Positions 20,098 through 30,173 of a stretch of DNA of 64,000 nt are shown here, in pieces. Within the stretch, counting starts at the first letter, position 1; the number at the start of each line of letters is the position of its first letter. A model generated the notes under the pieces. That model was not told the DNA's origin. It did no database searches and worked only from the letters and a program-made list of their open reading frames with translations. The translations under genes and the position numbers were made by a program. The stretch comes from Candidatus Heimdallarchaeota archaeon (GTDB lineage: Archaea > Asgardarchaeota > Heimdallarchaeia > Hodarchaeales > Hodarchaeaceae), in the NCBI GenBank assembly GCA_020353515.1, contig CP070695.1:1829435-1893434 (forward strand). The letters run 5' to 3'.

Positions 20098-22173
20098 TTA
20101 GTCAACTCCTTTTTCCTTCATCCGTTCACGCATTTTTTTAGGATCAAATCCTTCTTTTCTCATCATGGCGTGCATTTCTTCAGGATCTATTCCCCGTTCC
20201 TTCATCATAGCCCGTATCTGTTCAGGGTTAACTCCTCCTTCTTTCATCATGGCTTGTACATGATCAGGACTCATATCATGCCCCTGCATCATCTTCCCCA
20301 TACCTGCATACATGACGGTGGACATAGAAGTTGGTTCCCGTATAGGAGCCTTATAAACTTCAGCTAACTCTTCTACTCCTTGATGTGCGTAATAAGTATG
20401 ATATAGCTCAGCATATACTCCATTTTGGGCAAGAAGTTCCTCATGAGTACCAAGTTCAACCAATTTTCCCTTCTCAAAGACTGCTAAACGATCTACATCT
20501 CGAATAGTTGTTAATCGGTGAGCGATGACAAAAGTTGTCCTACTTTTAAATAAAGCTTTTTGTGCTTGCTGGACTAAGCTCTCAGAATAGGCATCAAGTC
20601 GTGACGTGGCTTCATCAAGTACAAGAATCTTTGGATCTGCGAGCATTGTCCGAGCAATCGTAATCATCTGTCTTTGTCCTGAACTCAAACCCTTACCACT
20701 TTCCTGCAGCATTGTTTGATAACCATTCGGTAATGCTTCGATAAAATCATCAGCTCCTATGAGTTTGCACAGTTCATAGAGCTCGCGATCACTCACCTCT
20801 GGATTCCCATAACGAATATTCTCTAGAACTGTATCTGCAAAAAGATACGGTTCTTGGGTAATTAATCCAATAGATGTATGTAAACTTTCCAGCTTTATCT
20901 CTCGTAAATCTTGATTTCCTATTAAAATCCGGCCTTCGGTTGGATCATAAAATCGTGTAAGAAGTGCAGCCAGTGTGGTCTTTCCAGCACCTGTATGGCC
21001 AACAATTGCAATTTTTTCTCCTTCTTTAACTTTGAAAGTGACAGCTTCAAGTACAGGAGTTCCCTTCACATATTCATAGGAGACATTATCTAAAGTAACA
21101 CTTGTGTCCTGTAATGTGAGGGGACTTGCACTCAATGAATTTGTAACTTGTGGTTTTTGCTCTAGGACATCTGCTACCCTATCCATCGCTGCTAATGAAG
21201 ACTGTAGTTGGGGGTAATACATCGCTAAGTGAAGTATGGGGCTTAAAAAGCGTTGGACAAGAATTGTACCAAGATAGATTGACCCGATAGTAATCGCGGA
21301 CTCTGGTAACCATCCACCAACGATCAATGTCAAGGCAACAAGAATAGTACTGACCATCGATACAGCAGGGAACATAAAATTAAAGATGGCACCTAATTGC
21401 TTGAAATATTGGTAAGTCCGCTGATTAAGTTCATAAAGAACAGAAGAGGACCATTCCTCGCGATTAAATGATTTAGCAATTGAAACTCCAGCAAGACTTT
21501 CCGCCATTTGGCCTGATACTTCTCCATACGATTTTCGGACACGATACATGATTTTTCTTCCAAGTGTACCAAGTATTCCAGCTAAAATCGCTGCCACTGG
21601 TATAGCGAGCAATGCAATTCCAGTTATTATCCAGCTGGTAGCTAAAAGAATAAAAAAGGTTCCAAAAGTCAAGAGGAGCTGGGAGCTCGCATTAGTAACA
21701 ACAGTTATTCCAGCAGCCAATTCATCCGTGTCACTCGTGACCCTACTGGTTACATTTCCACTTTGTTCTTGTTTGTGAAATGACATGTCAGCATATACCA
21801 ATCGATCAAAGACGTCAATTCGGACATCATGGAGCATCTTGGCTTTTAATCGGGCAAGTATATACGTGTTAACAGCATTAATAATCCAAATTGCTAATGA
21901 AAGAATCAAAAAGACAATAAATAGGAATCCAAGGAAATTAATGTCTGGATGAAGTGTCGCAACAGCTGCATCTAAACCTTCGCTTATTATTAGTGGGGAA
22001 ATAATCGATCCAATAGCGTAAGTAAGTATTAAAAACGCTGAAAAAAGAAGAAGCCCTTTAAAAGGAGTGAGGTATCCCCAAAGCATTTTAAGTAGTTGTT
22101 TAGTGGATCGAACTTTCTTATATTTAGTATCTGCAAAGAACCCATGGGGTCCACGACCTCGACGATGAGCCAT
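20098..22173 (-). CDS. Heterodimeric ABC exporter subunit (TMD-NBD; canonical Walker B and switch His) with Met-rich C-terminal repeat tail
   Basis: 6 TM, GHTGAGKT, LSSGQ, LVLDEAT, IAHR. Confidence 0.93.
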   Translation of the reverse strand: MAHRRGRGPHGFFADTKYKKVRSTKQLLKMLWGYLTPFKGLLLFSAFLILTYAIGSIISPLIISEGLDAAVATLHPDINFLGFLFIVFLILSLAIWIINAVNTYILARLKAKMLHDVRIDVFDRLVYADMSFHKQEQSGNVTSRVTSDTDELAAGITVVTNASSQLLLTFGTFFILLATSWIITGIALLAIPVAAILAGILGTLGRKIMYRVRKSYGEVSGQMAESLAGVSIAKSFNREEWSSSVLYELNQRTYQYFKQLGAIFNFMFPAVSMVSTILVALTLIVGGWLPESAITIGSIYLGTILVQRFLSPILHLAMYYPQLQSSLAAMDRVADVLEQKPQVTNSLSASPLTLQDTSVTLDNVSYEYVKGTPVLEAVTFKVKEGEKIAIVGHTGAGKTTLAALLTRFYDPTEGRILIGNQDLREIKLESLHTSIGLITQEPYLFADTVLENIRYGNPEVSDRELYELCKLIGADDFIEALPNGYQTMLQESGKGLSSGQRQMITIARTMLADPKILVLDEATSRLDAYSESLVQQAQKALFKSRTTFVIAHRLTTIRDVDRLAVFEKGKLVELGTHEELLAQNGVYAELYHTYYAHQGVEELAEVYKAPIREPTSMSTVMYAGMGKMMQGHDMSPDHVQAMMKEGGVNPEQIRAMMKERGIDPEEMHAMMRKEGFDPKKMRERMKEKGVD
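20101..20274 (-). repeat. Four 14-aa (42-nt) Met-rich tandem repeats at the exporter C-terminus
   Basis: MSPDHVQAMMKEGG / VNPEQIRAMMKERG / IDPEEMHAMMRKEG / FDPKKMRERMKEKG / VD. Confidence 0.85.
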
Positions 22174-23978
22174 TAGGAGGGACCTCCTACAACTTCAGGA
22201 AGTGCTTCAAATATCGTTTGATATTGAGGGCACGACTCTAGCATTTTATCATGTGGCCCATAAGCACAAATTTCTCCTTTATCAAATAAAACAACGAAAT
22301 CCGATTCAATAAGAGTCCTTAATCGTTGTGTTACAACGATAGATGTACGATCCTCCATCAACTTATCAAGAGCCCGACGAAGAAGAAGCTCAGTCTTGGA
22401 ATCAATGGCAGATACGGAATCGTCAAGTAACAAGACCTTGGGATCTGCTAAAATAGCTCGAGCAATCGCAATACGCTGTCTTTGACCTCCAGAAAGCTTT
22501 GATCCACGTTCTCCAATCCTAGTTTCAAACCCTTGGGGAAGTTTTTCAATAAATGTTAATGCTTGAGCGTTCTTCGCTGCGGAAGCAATTTCTTCATCTG
22601 AAGCATTTGGATCAGCAAATGCGATATTTTCTCTTACAGACGCAGAAAAGAGAAACACTTCCTGCTCAACCATCGTGACTCCTTGACGAATTTCACCAGC
22701 AGGGATTTCAGTTAAAGGAGTACCATTAATTTTGATTTCTCCTTCCGTTGGATCATATAAGCGAAGTAACAACTTGAGGAAGGTTGATTTCCCAGATCCT
22801 GGGCCCCCAATTATAGCTACTCTGGAACCAGAAGAAATAGTAAGATTTATGTTCTTTAACGCTGATTTTGTTGAATTTCCATAGTTAAAACTTACATCAT
22901 CGAACACAATGTCACCACCCCAATCAGGAACTACTCCTTCTTGAGCTGTATCAGGTACAGGATCCTTCCATGTCATCTTCAGCCAAATACGATCCGCATT
23001 GGTTTTCCCAGCTCTAATATTGAGAATTGCCATTGGAAGCATGAAATTAATGAATTGGAGTGATAATAGCATAGAAACGGAGGAAGTGAAAGTATCAATG
23101 GTACTAGGATTTTCTGCTAAGTTGATTAGACCTAAACCGAATATAATGGCCGTTAAAGCAATCAAAACTAATGCAGGCCAAAAGAATGCAGAAAGGCGTC
23201 CTTCTTTTGTTACTATATCTGCGTAGCTAGTACTACCAGAAGCAAAACGTTTGTTCTCCTGATCCTCTTGATTAAAACTTCGAACAACTTCGATTCCTCT
23301 AAAAATTTCTTGAGAATCACGTGTTACAACAGCTAAGCGAGAGGCAAGCTCTTCACGAATTGGCCCAATTACTGATGCATATCGGACAACTAAGAGAATG
23401 TAGAGTGGAAATCCCAGTAAAGCAATTAGGAAATAAGCAGGATCGAACGCTAGAAATACAATTGTAATAAATATCATACTTAGTAAGGAACCAGATAGCA
23501 TTCGCATACTTGGGTTGACTCCCATCCGCATTTGAGAGATTTCATTCATAGCCATGGATAACAGGCTACTACTGTCAATCTCATCATGAAATGTCATGGA
23601 GTGTTCCTGTACAATGTCGAAAAACTCTTGTCGAGTATCTCTTTCATATCTAAATGCGGCTACAGTCCATGAATAGTTTGTAACAAAGGTGATTACAAAA
23701 CTTAGAAGGGCAGAAATGATTATTCCTAAACATGCAAAGAGGAAAGCTTGAGAAAAACCATCTGATTGAAGAATACTGAACGCTTGCCCAAGAAGAATAC
23801 TGGGAAATAATATCAAGAAGGCACTTATTAAAGACATTCCTAAGCTCAACAAAACAAGACCTGGACTTCGCCAGAAAAAACTTAAATACCAATGTGTAGC
23901 AGAACGATACTTTTTGGTCGGTAACGGAGTGAATTTTCTCCGTTGTACATCGGTTGAAACTGTCTGGGGTACTTGCAT
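22173..23978 (-). CDS. Heterodimeric ABC exporter subunit (degenerate NBD; TM287/TmrB-like)
   Basis: GGPGSGKS, LSGGQ, Walker B LLDD (E to D), switch VTQR (H to Q); stop overlaps the partner's start. Confidence 0.93.
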   Translation of the reverse strand: MQVPQTVSTDVQRRKFTPLPTKKYRSATHWYLSFFWRSPGLVLLSLGMSLISAFLILFPSILLGQAFSILQSDGFSQAFLFACLGIIISALLSFVITFVTNYSWTVAAFRYERDTRQEFFDIVQEHSMTFHDEIDSSSLLSMAMNEISQMRMGVNPSMRMLSGSLLSMIFITIVFLAFDPAYFLIALLGFPLYILLVVRYASVIGPIREELASRLAVVTRDSQEIFRGIEVVRSFNQEDQENKRFASGSTSYADIVTKEGRLSAFFWPALVLIALTAIIFGLGLINLAENPSTIDTFTSSVSMLLSLQFINFMLPMAILNIRAGKTNADRIWLKMTWKDPVPDTAQEGVVPDWGGDIVFDDVSFNYGNSTKSALKNINLTISSGSRVAIIGGPGSGKSTFLKLLLRLYDPTEGEIKINGTPLTEIPAGEIRQGVTMVEQEVFLFSASVRENIAFADPNASDEEIASAAKNAQALTFIEKLPQGFETRIGERGSKLSGGQRQRIAIARAILADPKVLLLDDSVSAIDSKTELLLRRALDKLMEDRTSIVVTQRLRTLIESDFVVLFDKGEICAYGPHDKMLESCPQYQTIFEALPEVVGGPS

Positions 23979-24025
23979 AACTTTTCTTCCAGTGATAATG
24001 GATTATTTTTCTATATACCCAATAG

Positions 24026-24053
24026 CTAGAAAAACTATATATAGGTTTCCTAG
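24026..24053. promoter_or_regulatory. 28-bp imperfect palindrome over a TATA-like core; candidate PadR operator
   Basis: CTAGAAAAACTATATATAGGTTTCCTAG, 12 of 14 pairs complementary, between the divergent ABC exporter and padR genes. Confidence 0.55.
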
Positions 24054-24129
24054 ATATATTATGTACGAACTGTGTAGCGAAATCTAGGTTTTTTTATTCA
24101 CTGTTAGATAGAAAAGAGGTTTAATCAGT

Positions 24130-24729
24130 TTGGATTCGACAGATAAACTTGTAGAAAAGTGGATCCAAGGATTTCATCGTGGCAGTTTGCGTTTTTTCAT
24201 TCTACATCTTCTTCGTCACGAAAGAGAGGACAAAAACATCACACAAACAGGTGAAAACCTCTTTAGAAAAAAAATACATGGATACCACATTGCAAAGGCA
24301 ATTAAAGAAATTACAGAGGAAAAATGGGAGCCTACAACAGCTTCTATCTATCCAATACTCAATCAATTCGAAAAAGAAAGAATAATCGAAGAAATTGCAG
24401 AAGGAAATAATAAAGAGGGAAAACGATTCACTAAGAAGTATCGATTAACGGATTATGGACTAGAAGTAGCACAAAAATTAGAACAAGCACGTAAAGATTT
24501 TGCTAAAGCTTTTAGGATCCATCCTCGCCATATCCCACCTCCACAATCCCATCTACAGATGATAAAATCTAAGCTAGACCTTAGTGATGAAGAAATTTCT
24601 GAAATATTGGCAAGTGCTAGTTTAAGGGATCTTAAGATCGAAAAAAAACAGCTTGAAGAAAGTATTCTTCTGATTCAAGAGACTTTAAAAGCTGTTGAGG
24701 CTGAGATTGAGCGTAAGAAGACTTCTTAA
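24130..24729 (+). CDS. PadR-family transcriptional regulator
   Basis: RG.L...IL.LL, HGY.I...I, W.P...SIYP.L, K.Y.LT..G; C-terminal coiled coil. Confidence 0.88.
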   Translation: MDSTDKLVEKWIQGFHRGSLRFFILHLLRHEREDKNITQTGENLFRKKIHGYHIAKAIKEITEEKWEPTTASIYPILNQFEKERIIEEIAEGNNKEGKRFTKKYRLTDYGLEVAQKLEQARKDFAKAFRIHPRHIPPPQSHLQMIKSKLDLSDEEISEILASASLRDLKIEKKQLEESILLIQETLKAVEAEIERKKTS

Positions 24730-24907
24730 CTTTGAAGAAGAAAGAAAAAATTAAGGAGTTAATGAGATTAATAGTTTGATACTCTACGGAGAAGAAGACT
24801 CCAATAAATAAAATTGCCTCTCTTAAGAAAGGTTTTTTAAAGGTAAAACTATTTCTTTTTAATATCTCTCTGTATTGGGAAGAAAAGTAACTACTGATTG
24901 AGGAAAC

Positions 24908-26605
24908 ATGTGTGGGAGAAGAAATAGACCTCTAAAAATCATTATTTTATTTGTTGTTTTATTGTTTCATCCGAGTATTTCCTTTTCTATCGTCCAAATT
25001 AACTTATCAAACTCGCTGGTCTCTGCAACCAGATTAATTTCGCAGATTTATACGATATGTGATCCCATCAATGTTACAAACGATGATGAATTGGCTGCTG
25101 TAGCGAGTAGTGGCACAGGAACTGCTAACGACCCCTATATCATTGCAAACTGGAATATTACTGGTTCTTCAACTGATGGTATTTTTATCACAGGAACAAC
25201 GAAGTATATCAGAATAAATAATTGCTGGATTGTTAATTCTACTAATTATGGAATAAATGTGGATAATATAACCATAGGAACGGCGATAATTACCAACAAC
25301 ACCTGTAACAGTAATCGTTATGGTATCTATCTTGAGGATTCTGGTTCTTCAAATATAACCAACAACACCTGTAACAGCAACCGTTATAATGGCATCTACC
25401 TCCGTTATTCTACTAATACGATTATAGCTAACAACACCTGTAACAGTAATCGTTATGGTATCTATCTTGAGGATTCTGGTTCTTCAAATATAACCAACAA
25501 CACCTGTAACAGCAATGATAGGACTGGTACCTACCTTTACTCTTCTGGTTCTTCGACTATTACTAACAACACCTGCAACAGCAATGATAGGACTGGTATC
25601 TACCTTGAGTATTCATATTCTTCGACTATAGTTGACAACGTCTGCAATAACAATAATGAGCATGGCATCTTCATTTACGAAAATAGTTATTCAACTATAG
25701 CTAGCAACACCTGTAACAACAATAGCAGGACTGGAATCTACACTTGGGATTCTCTTTCTTTGGTTATAACCAACAACACCTGTAACAACAATAGTAATGA
25801 TGGCATCTTCATTTACGAATGTAATTTTTCAACTATAGATAATAACATTTGCAGCAGTAATGATGGGACTGGTATCTACCTTTATATCATCTTCCTCTCC
25901 TCTTCTGGTTCTTCGACTATTACCAACAATACCTGTAACAGCAATGACTATTATGGCATCTATATTGACTCTCCTGGTTCTTCAACTATTACAAATAACA
26001 CCTGCAACAACAATAGTGGAACTGGCATCTACCTTGAGGATTCTTCTTCTTCGACTGTAGCTAAAAACACCTGCAACAACAATATTGAGTATGGTATCTA
26101 TTTTTACTCTTCTAGTTCTTTAATTGTGACCAATAACACCTGTAACAGCAATATTGAGTATGGTATCTACTTTTATTCTTCTAGTTCTTTAATTGTGACC
26201 AACAACACCTGTAACAGCAATTATGAGTATGGCATCTACCTATATCGTTCTGGTTTTTCGACTATTACCAACAACACCTGTTACAGCAATGATGGGACTG
26301 GTATCTATCTATTTCGTTCTGATTATTCGACTGCAGCCAACAACACCTGCAACAACAATGTTGAGTATGGTATTTTCCTATATCATTCTGGTTCTTCGAT
26401 TGTAGTCAACAACACCTGCAACGATAATGGTGAAGATGGCATCACTTTTTGGGATCCTGATACTACTACTATTGCTACTTCAGAACCTACAACCAGTGGA
26501 ACCGAGACAAGTAGCTCTAATTCATTTTTATATAGAATTGGATTATTCTTATTTATCCTTGGGTTATTAGTAGCATTAATACTTGTTAACAGACGAAAAA
26601 AGTAG
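24908..26605 (+). CDS. Membrane-anchored right-handed beta-helix (NosD/CASH-repeat) surface protein
   Basis: Signal peptide, G.GT..DPYII motif, about 17 GIYL..S..STI.NNTCN.N repeats, Ser/Thr linker, TM followed by RRKK. Confidence 0.88.
   Translation: MCGRRNRPLKIIILFVVLLFHPSISFSIVQINLSNSLVSATRLISQIYTICDPINVTNDDELAAVASSGTGTANDPYIIANWNITGSSTDGIFITGTTKYIRINNCWIVNSTNYGINVDNITIGTAIITNNTCNSNRYGIYLEDSGSSNITNNTCNSNRYNGIYLRYSTNTIIANNTCNSNRYGIYLEDSGSSNITNNTCNSNDRTGTYLYSSGSSTITNNTCNSNDRTGIYLEYSYSSTIVDNVCNNNNEHGIFIYENSYSTIASNTCNNNSRTGIYTWDSLSLVITNNTCNNNSNDGIFIYECNFSTIDNNICSSNDGTGIYLYIIFLSSSGSSTITNNTCNSNDYYGIYIDSPGSSTITNNTCNNNSGTGIYLEDSSSSTVAKNTCNNNIEYGIYFYSSSSLIVTNNTCNSNIEYGIYFYSSSSLIVTNNTCNSNYEYGIYLYRSGFSTITNNTCYSNDGTGIYLFRSDYSTAANNTCNNNVEYGIFLYHSGSSIVVNNTCNDNGEDGITFWDPDTTTIATSEPTTSGTETSSSNSFLYRIGLFLFILGLLVALILVNRRKK
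25290..26440 (+). repeat. Coding tandem repeats of about 66-69 nt, including recent exact duplications
   Basis: 25295-25380 is identical to 25430-25515 (86 nt). 26081-26149 and 26150-26218 are near-identical 69-nt units. Confidence 0.9.
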
Positions 26606-26706
26606 GATTAGTAAAAAAGAAATTATCTTGAAGAAAATAAAACGTTCCATCAGAATAAAGTATAAATATATAAATTGCCTAATAAGTAAAAAAGGGTGAA
26701 TCATAA

Positions 26707-27042
26707 ATGTTTGAAGAAATTGAGGAATCTGAACAAGAAGAGGAAGAGAAGGAAGAAGAATTGGAGGAGGAAGATAACGAAAAAGTATTATTGGAGAGCG
26801 AATCCAAGAAAACTCCAGACGAAATCGCATCATTCTTAAGAGGATTAAGTGACCAGGTAGAAAAACGTTCGATTACCATGAAACAGGGAGGAAATCTACT
26901 CACACTCACCCTACCTGAGAATCTTGTCTTAGAAGTTGAAGTCGAAGAAGAGGGTGAAGGAGCCAAAAAGAAACAATCTTTAGAAATAGAGATTGAATGG
27001 TACGAAGAAGATATAGCCAAGGGAGCATTAGAACTGGAATAA
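26707..27042 (+). CDS. Amphi-Trp domain protein with acidic N-terminal tract
   Basis: EIASFLR.L.D....G/S.I, LEVEVE, SLEIEIEW. Confidence 0.8.
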   Translation: MFEEIEESEQEEEEKEEELEEEDNEKVLLESESKKTPDEIASFLRGLSDQVEKRSITMKQGGNLLTLTLPENLVLEVEVEEEGEGAKKKQSLEIEIEWYEEDIAKGALELE

Positions 27043-27057
27043 GGATCTCTTGTTGTA

Positions 27058-28773
27058 TTAGTTCCTTTTGATTTTTTTTCTTGATTTTATTAAGACAAGT
27101 GTGACTATAGAAAAAAATGGAATGAAAATTTCAATTGATACTTGAGCCTCTACTACCTGATCTTCTTGAATGGTTATAGGTCTGTACCCCATATACTCAT
27201 TTCCTATCAAGAAAGTAAGATTTGATCCTCGTGTGAAATCTTGCTCTAGCTCAAATTTGAAAGCCTTTTCTACAGCTTCCCCCGCAGATATTTCTGAAAT
27301 AGTCACGGGTGATCCTTTTCGTAAGACTGGTACAGAGATTTCCTTCATAACATTTAATTTACTAATGGAACCAATAATAGGGCTTTGACTCTTCATATTT
27401 AGTGTGACTTCTAAGATATCACTCGTATTTTTGTCTCCCACAACAGATTTAACTGATACTTCCAATCGAGGAGTAATTAGCAACCAGTAACTAAATACAG
27501 ATTGTATATCAGACCAGAGATCTTCGATTGCGGATTCTTCAGGAGCAAATTTCTCATAAATCCCATCCCATCGCCATATCTTCCTTGATCTGCCATCAGA
27601 TACAAGCGTTACAAGATCTTGAGAGGAAGTGTTATGATATACTTCAAAGGTAAGTGGAACTAGACAGTTTTTAACCGCATACATCCAATCACCCCACTCA
27701 CCTGCACAAGTATAGCCAATAGATTGAGGATCATCTGATTCAGAGAGATAGTTTGATGGCAAAAAAGTTTTCAAATCAGTATAAATCTGATTATACAGCT
27801 CCTCTTCAGCCCAATAAGTTTCTGATGCCCACGGAAAGTATGTTCCGTTAATTCCTGAATGAAGTGAAATTGCGGTGGCAAATGTTCTAGTTTCCATGAA
27901 ATCCCGAAATGTTTGTGTTTCAGGCTCCGAAAAGGGAGCAGTACCTTGGTAATCTTCACGTAAAGTATTCATTGACTTTCCGCTATCACAAGTAGAATCA
28001 CGCCATCGATAATCATAATTTCTATTAAGATCGACTCCACTAAGTGGATCTTCATTGATCAACCCATCCTCATCGTTATCTATTCCCTCATAATAATATT
28101 CAGTTTCGACCCACTCGTTATCTTTATTCTGGGTATAAACAATAAATTCGGAAATAACTCCATCGTTGTTAGTGTCTTCTGGGGGATCCTCATTAAATAC
28201 ACCGTCATTATCATCATCAATAGATCGGAAATTTTTCCGGAACCATGGATTTCCCTGCATTGTCTCGTTTCCTACAACATAATGAAGCCCATCTGGGTTC
28301 AGTGAAGGAATGAAAAATATCTCCTGATCATTTACTTTATTGGTAATATCTATGTTGTAACCATAACTATTCACCAATACAAGCATGAATCGCAGACTAA
28401 TTTCGACAGTTATCTGTTCACGAGCATGATGCTGGCCTACAAACAACACACCGGCTTTAGGAAGAGGATTCTGTTCATTCGTAATTCTAAGACAAAATAT
28501 ATCTCTACCCTCAATGCTTCTTCCTATTGAGTAAAGATCGACTATTTCTGAAGCAGTATCATTCATTTGTTGTAATTCTTCAAATAATTCTTCAGGAGTA
28601 TGGTATTGATCAGGATATAACAATGAGAGGCTAGTCCAGTTTCTCACTTTTCTAGCAACCTTAATCTCATTTACTTCATAAATGGGCGTTTCTTTGACCG
28701 ATTCAACTTGAGTAACGCTGATAGTAGACGCTAAAAGGAAAAGAAGGATGAATAGGAACGATTTCTTAGTCAT
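27058..28773 (-). CDS. Secreted, C-terminally anchored M14 zinc carboxypeptidase (carboxypeptidase T-like)
   Basis: Signal peptide, HARE, NPDG, RKN, VDLNRN, FSEPE, SLHS, TFE; DxDxDG Ca-type loops; TM plus basic tail. Confidence 0.9.
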   Translation of the reverse strand: MTKKSFLFILLFLLASTISVTQVESVKETPIYEVNEIKVARKVRNWTSLSLLYPDQYHTPEELFEELQQMNDTASEIVDLYSIGRSIEGRDIFCLRITNEQNPLPKAGVLFVGQHHAREQITVEISLRFMLVLVNSYGYNIDITNKVNDQEIFFIPSLNPDGLHYVVGNETMQGNPWFRKNFRSIDDDNDGVFNEDPPEDTNNDGVISEFIVYTQNKDNEWVETEYYYEGIDNDEDGLINEDPLSGVDLNRNYDYRWRDSTCDSGKSMNTLREDYQGTAPFSEPETQTFRDFMETRTFATAISLHSGINGTYFPWASETYWAEEELYNQIYTDLKTFLPSNYLSESDDPQSIGYTCAGEWGDWMYAVKNCLVPLTFEVYHNTSSQDLVTLVSDGRSRKIWRWDGIYEKFAPEESAIEDLWSDIQSVFSYWLLITPRLEVSVKSVVGDKNTSDILEVTLNMKSQSPIIGSISKLNVMKEISVPVLRKGSPVTISEISAGEAVEKAFKFELEQDFTRGSNLTFLIGNEYMGYRPITIQEDQVVEAQVSIEIFIPFFSIVTLVLIKSRKKIKRN

Positions 28774-28899
28774 AATATCATGACCTCAAATCATTAATTT
28801 TGAAGATCATTAAAAAATTTGTGATACCAGCAAAAATCAAATAATCCCTATTCCTCTCATAGATAACAATACTTCTTCATTCTTTTTTGACTCGGATAA

Positions 28900-29970
28900 T
28901 TATTCCACCTTATCTTCAAATAAATGATAGAATTCTGAAGGAAGCTGTTGATAATTCACTTGATCAGCCACTGAGGATAAATCTACAGAATTATAGGTAT
29001 TCCAGAACAAAATGGGTGCATTTGTCTTAGCTTCTTCCACATAGGCTAGGAGGGCTGCCAGTGTTTTTCCGGTATAGGTAGTCTCCAACATCACACCTTC
29101 TGTTTTCTTCACTATTTCAACAGCCTCTAATCCCTCTGGCGTCACTCTCCCATATTTTCCACCAAAAAAATGGTCAATAAGTTTAAATTTCGGTTTATAT
29201 TGAAACTTTCTAAGTTTAGAATCTTTTTGTAAAATTTTAAGAGCACCTTTAATAAGACTCTTTACTTTCCTACCTGTTGCCGCCATTTTATCAGTCACAC
29301 GAATCCCTATTACTTGCGTTTGTAAATTTGTTAACTGAACTCCTAATTCAATCCCCGCCATTGTCCCTGTTGTTCCTGCAGCTACATAGATCTGTTCTGG
29401 TTCAGGAAGCTTCCCCTCTTCGATCTGTTGTTTTAACTCCAGTACAGCATTCACATAACCCAATATTCCAATAGGTGTACTTCCTCCTGCAGGTAACCAA
29501 TATACTCGTTTTCGTTTCAGACGATCAAGGAAATAGAAGTTTAATCCTACTCCCAAATAGTTTTTCACATACTTCAATTCGGCTCCATAGTAGAAGTCTA
29601 ATTTGAGATTGTCAAGTACATGTTTCGACAGAGGTTGATTAATCAGATATAGAACGACATTCAAACCTTTTTCTTTAGCAAAAATTGCGGTTGCTAATCC
29701 GTGGTTTGTACCAATACCTCCAAGAGTCGCAATCGTTTCCTTTTCCTTCTCTAATGCATCAGCGATGAGAAATTCGAGTTTTCGTACCTTATTACCTCCA
29801 TATGTTGCTGAAGTAAGGTTATCCTGCTTTATCCAAATCGAGGTACCTGTTTTCAGATGATTTTCCAATTTCTCAAGATTTTTAACAGGAGTTGGAGTAT
29901 TTACCAATGATATCCATGGAATAACTCCATCTAAGTCCGAGAATTCCTCAAACAATAAAGGTTGTGACAT
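28900..29970 (-). CDS. PLP-dependent D-cysteine desulfhydrase/ACC deaminase family enzyme
   Basis: TP, GGNKVRKLEF (PLP Lys), GTTGT.AG, YTGK (Thr rather than the ACC deaminase Glu). Confidence 0.85.
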   Translation of the reverse strand: MSQPLLFEEFSDLDGVIPWISLVNTPTPVKNLEKLENHLKTGTSIWIKQDNLTSATYGGNKVRKLEFLIADALEKEKETIATLGGIGTNHGLATAIFAKEKGLNVVLYLINQPLSKHVLDNLKLDFYYGAELKYVKNYLGVGLNFYFLDRLKRKRVYWLPAGGSTPIGILGYVNAVLELKQQIEEGKLPEPEQIYVAAGTTGTMAGIELGVQLTNLQTQVIGIRVTDKMAATGRKVKSLIKGALKILQKDSKLRKFQYKPKFKLIDHFFGGKYGRVTPEGLEAVEIVKKTEGVMLETTYTGKTLAALLAYVEEAKTNAPILFWNTYNSVDLSSVADQVNYQQLPSEFYHLFEDKVE

Positions 29971-30173
29971 TAAAAAGAACACCACTCAAGTTTAATAGAA
30001 AGAAACTTGTTCTAATGTTGTAGTTTCATTTCTAAAAGAATTCAAAACCTTTTTGGGAGTATAATAAAATATGTCTTACTTGAAAATTAGGAAAATAAAG
30101 AGGACAAATTGGGGGTATTTTTCCGATACTCGGCCGCAGATCGGTGTTATTCTAAATAGGAGAGTCGAAAGAC

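Noticed and set aside
10476-20098. Methyltransferase island as an integrated mobile element
   Set aside because: No integrase, transposase, tRNA target or flanking direct repeats were seen.
22173-23978. Degenerate Walker B/switch as evidence of pseudogenisation
   Set aside because: This is the normal degenerate site of heterodimeric TM287/288-type exporters.
25290-26440. Regularly spaced AACAACACCTGTAAC repeats as a CRISPR array or DGR template
   Set aside because: They are in-frame codons of beta-helix coils, the spacers are homologous to each other, and no cas or reverse transcriptase gene is present.
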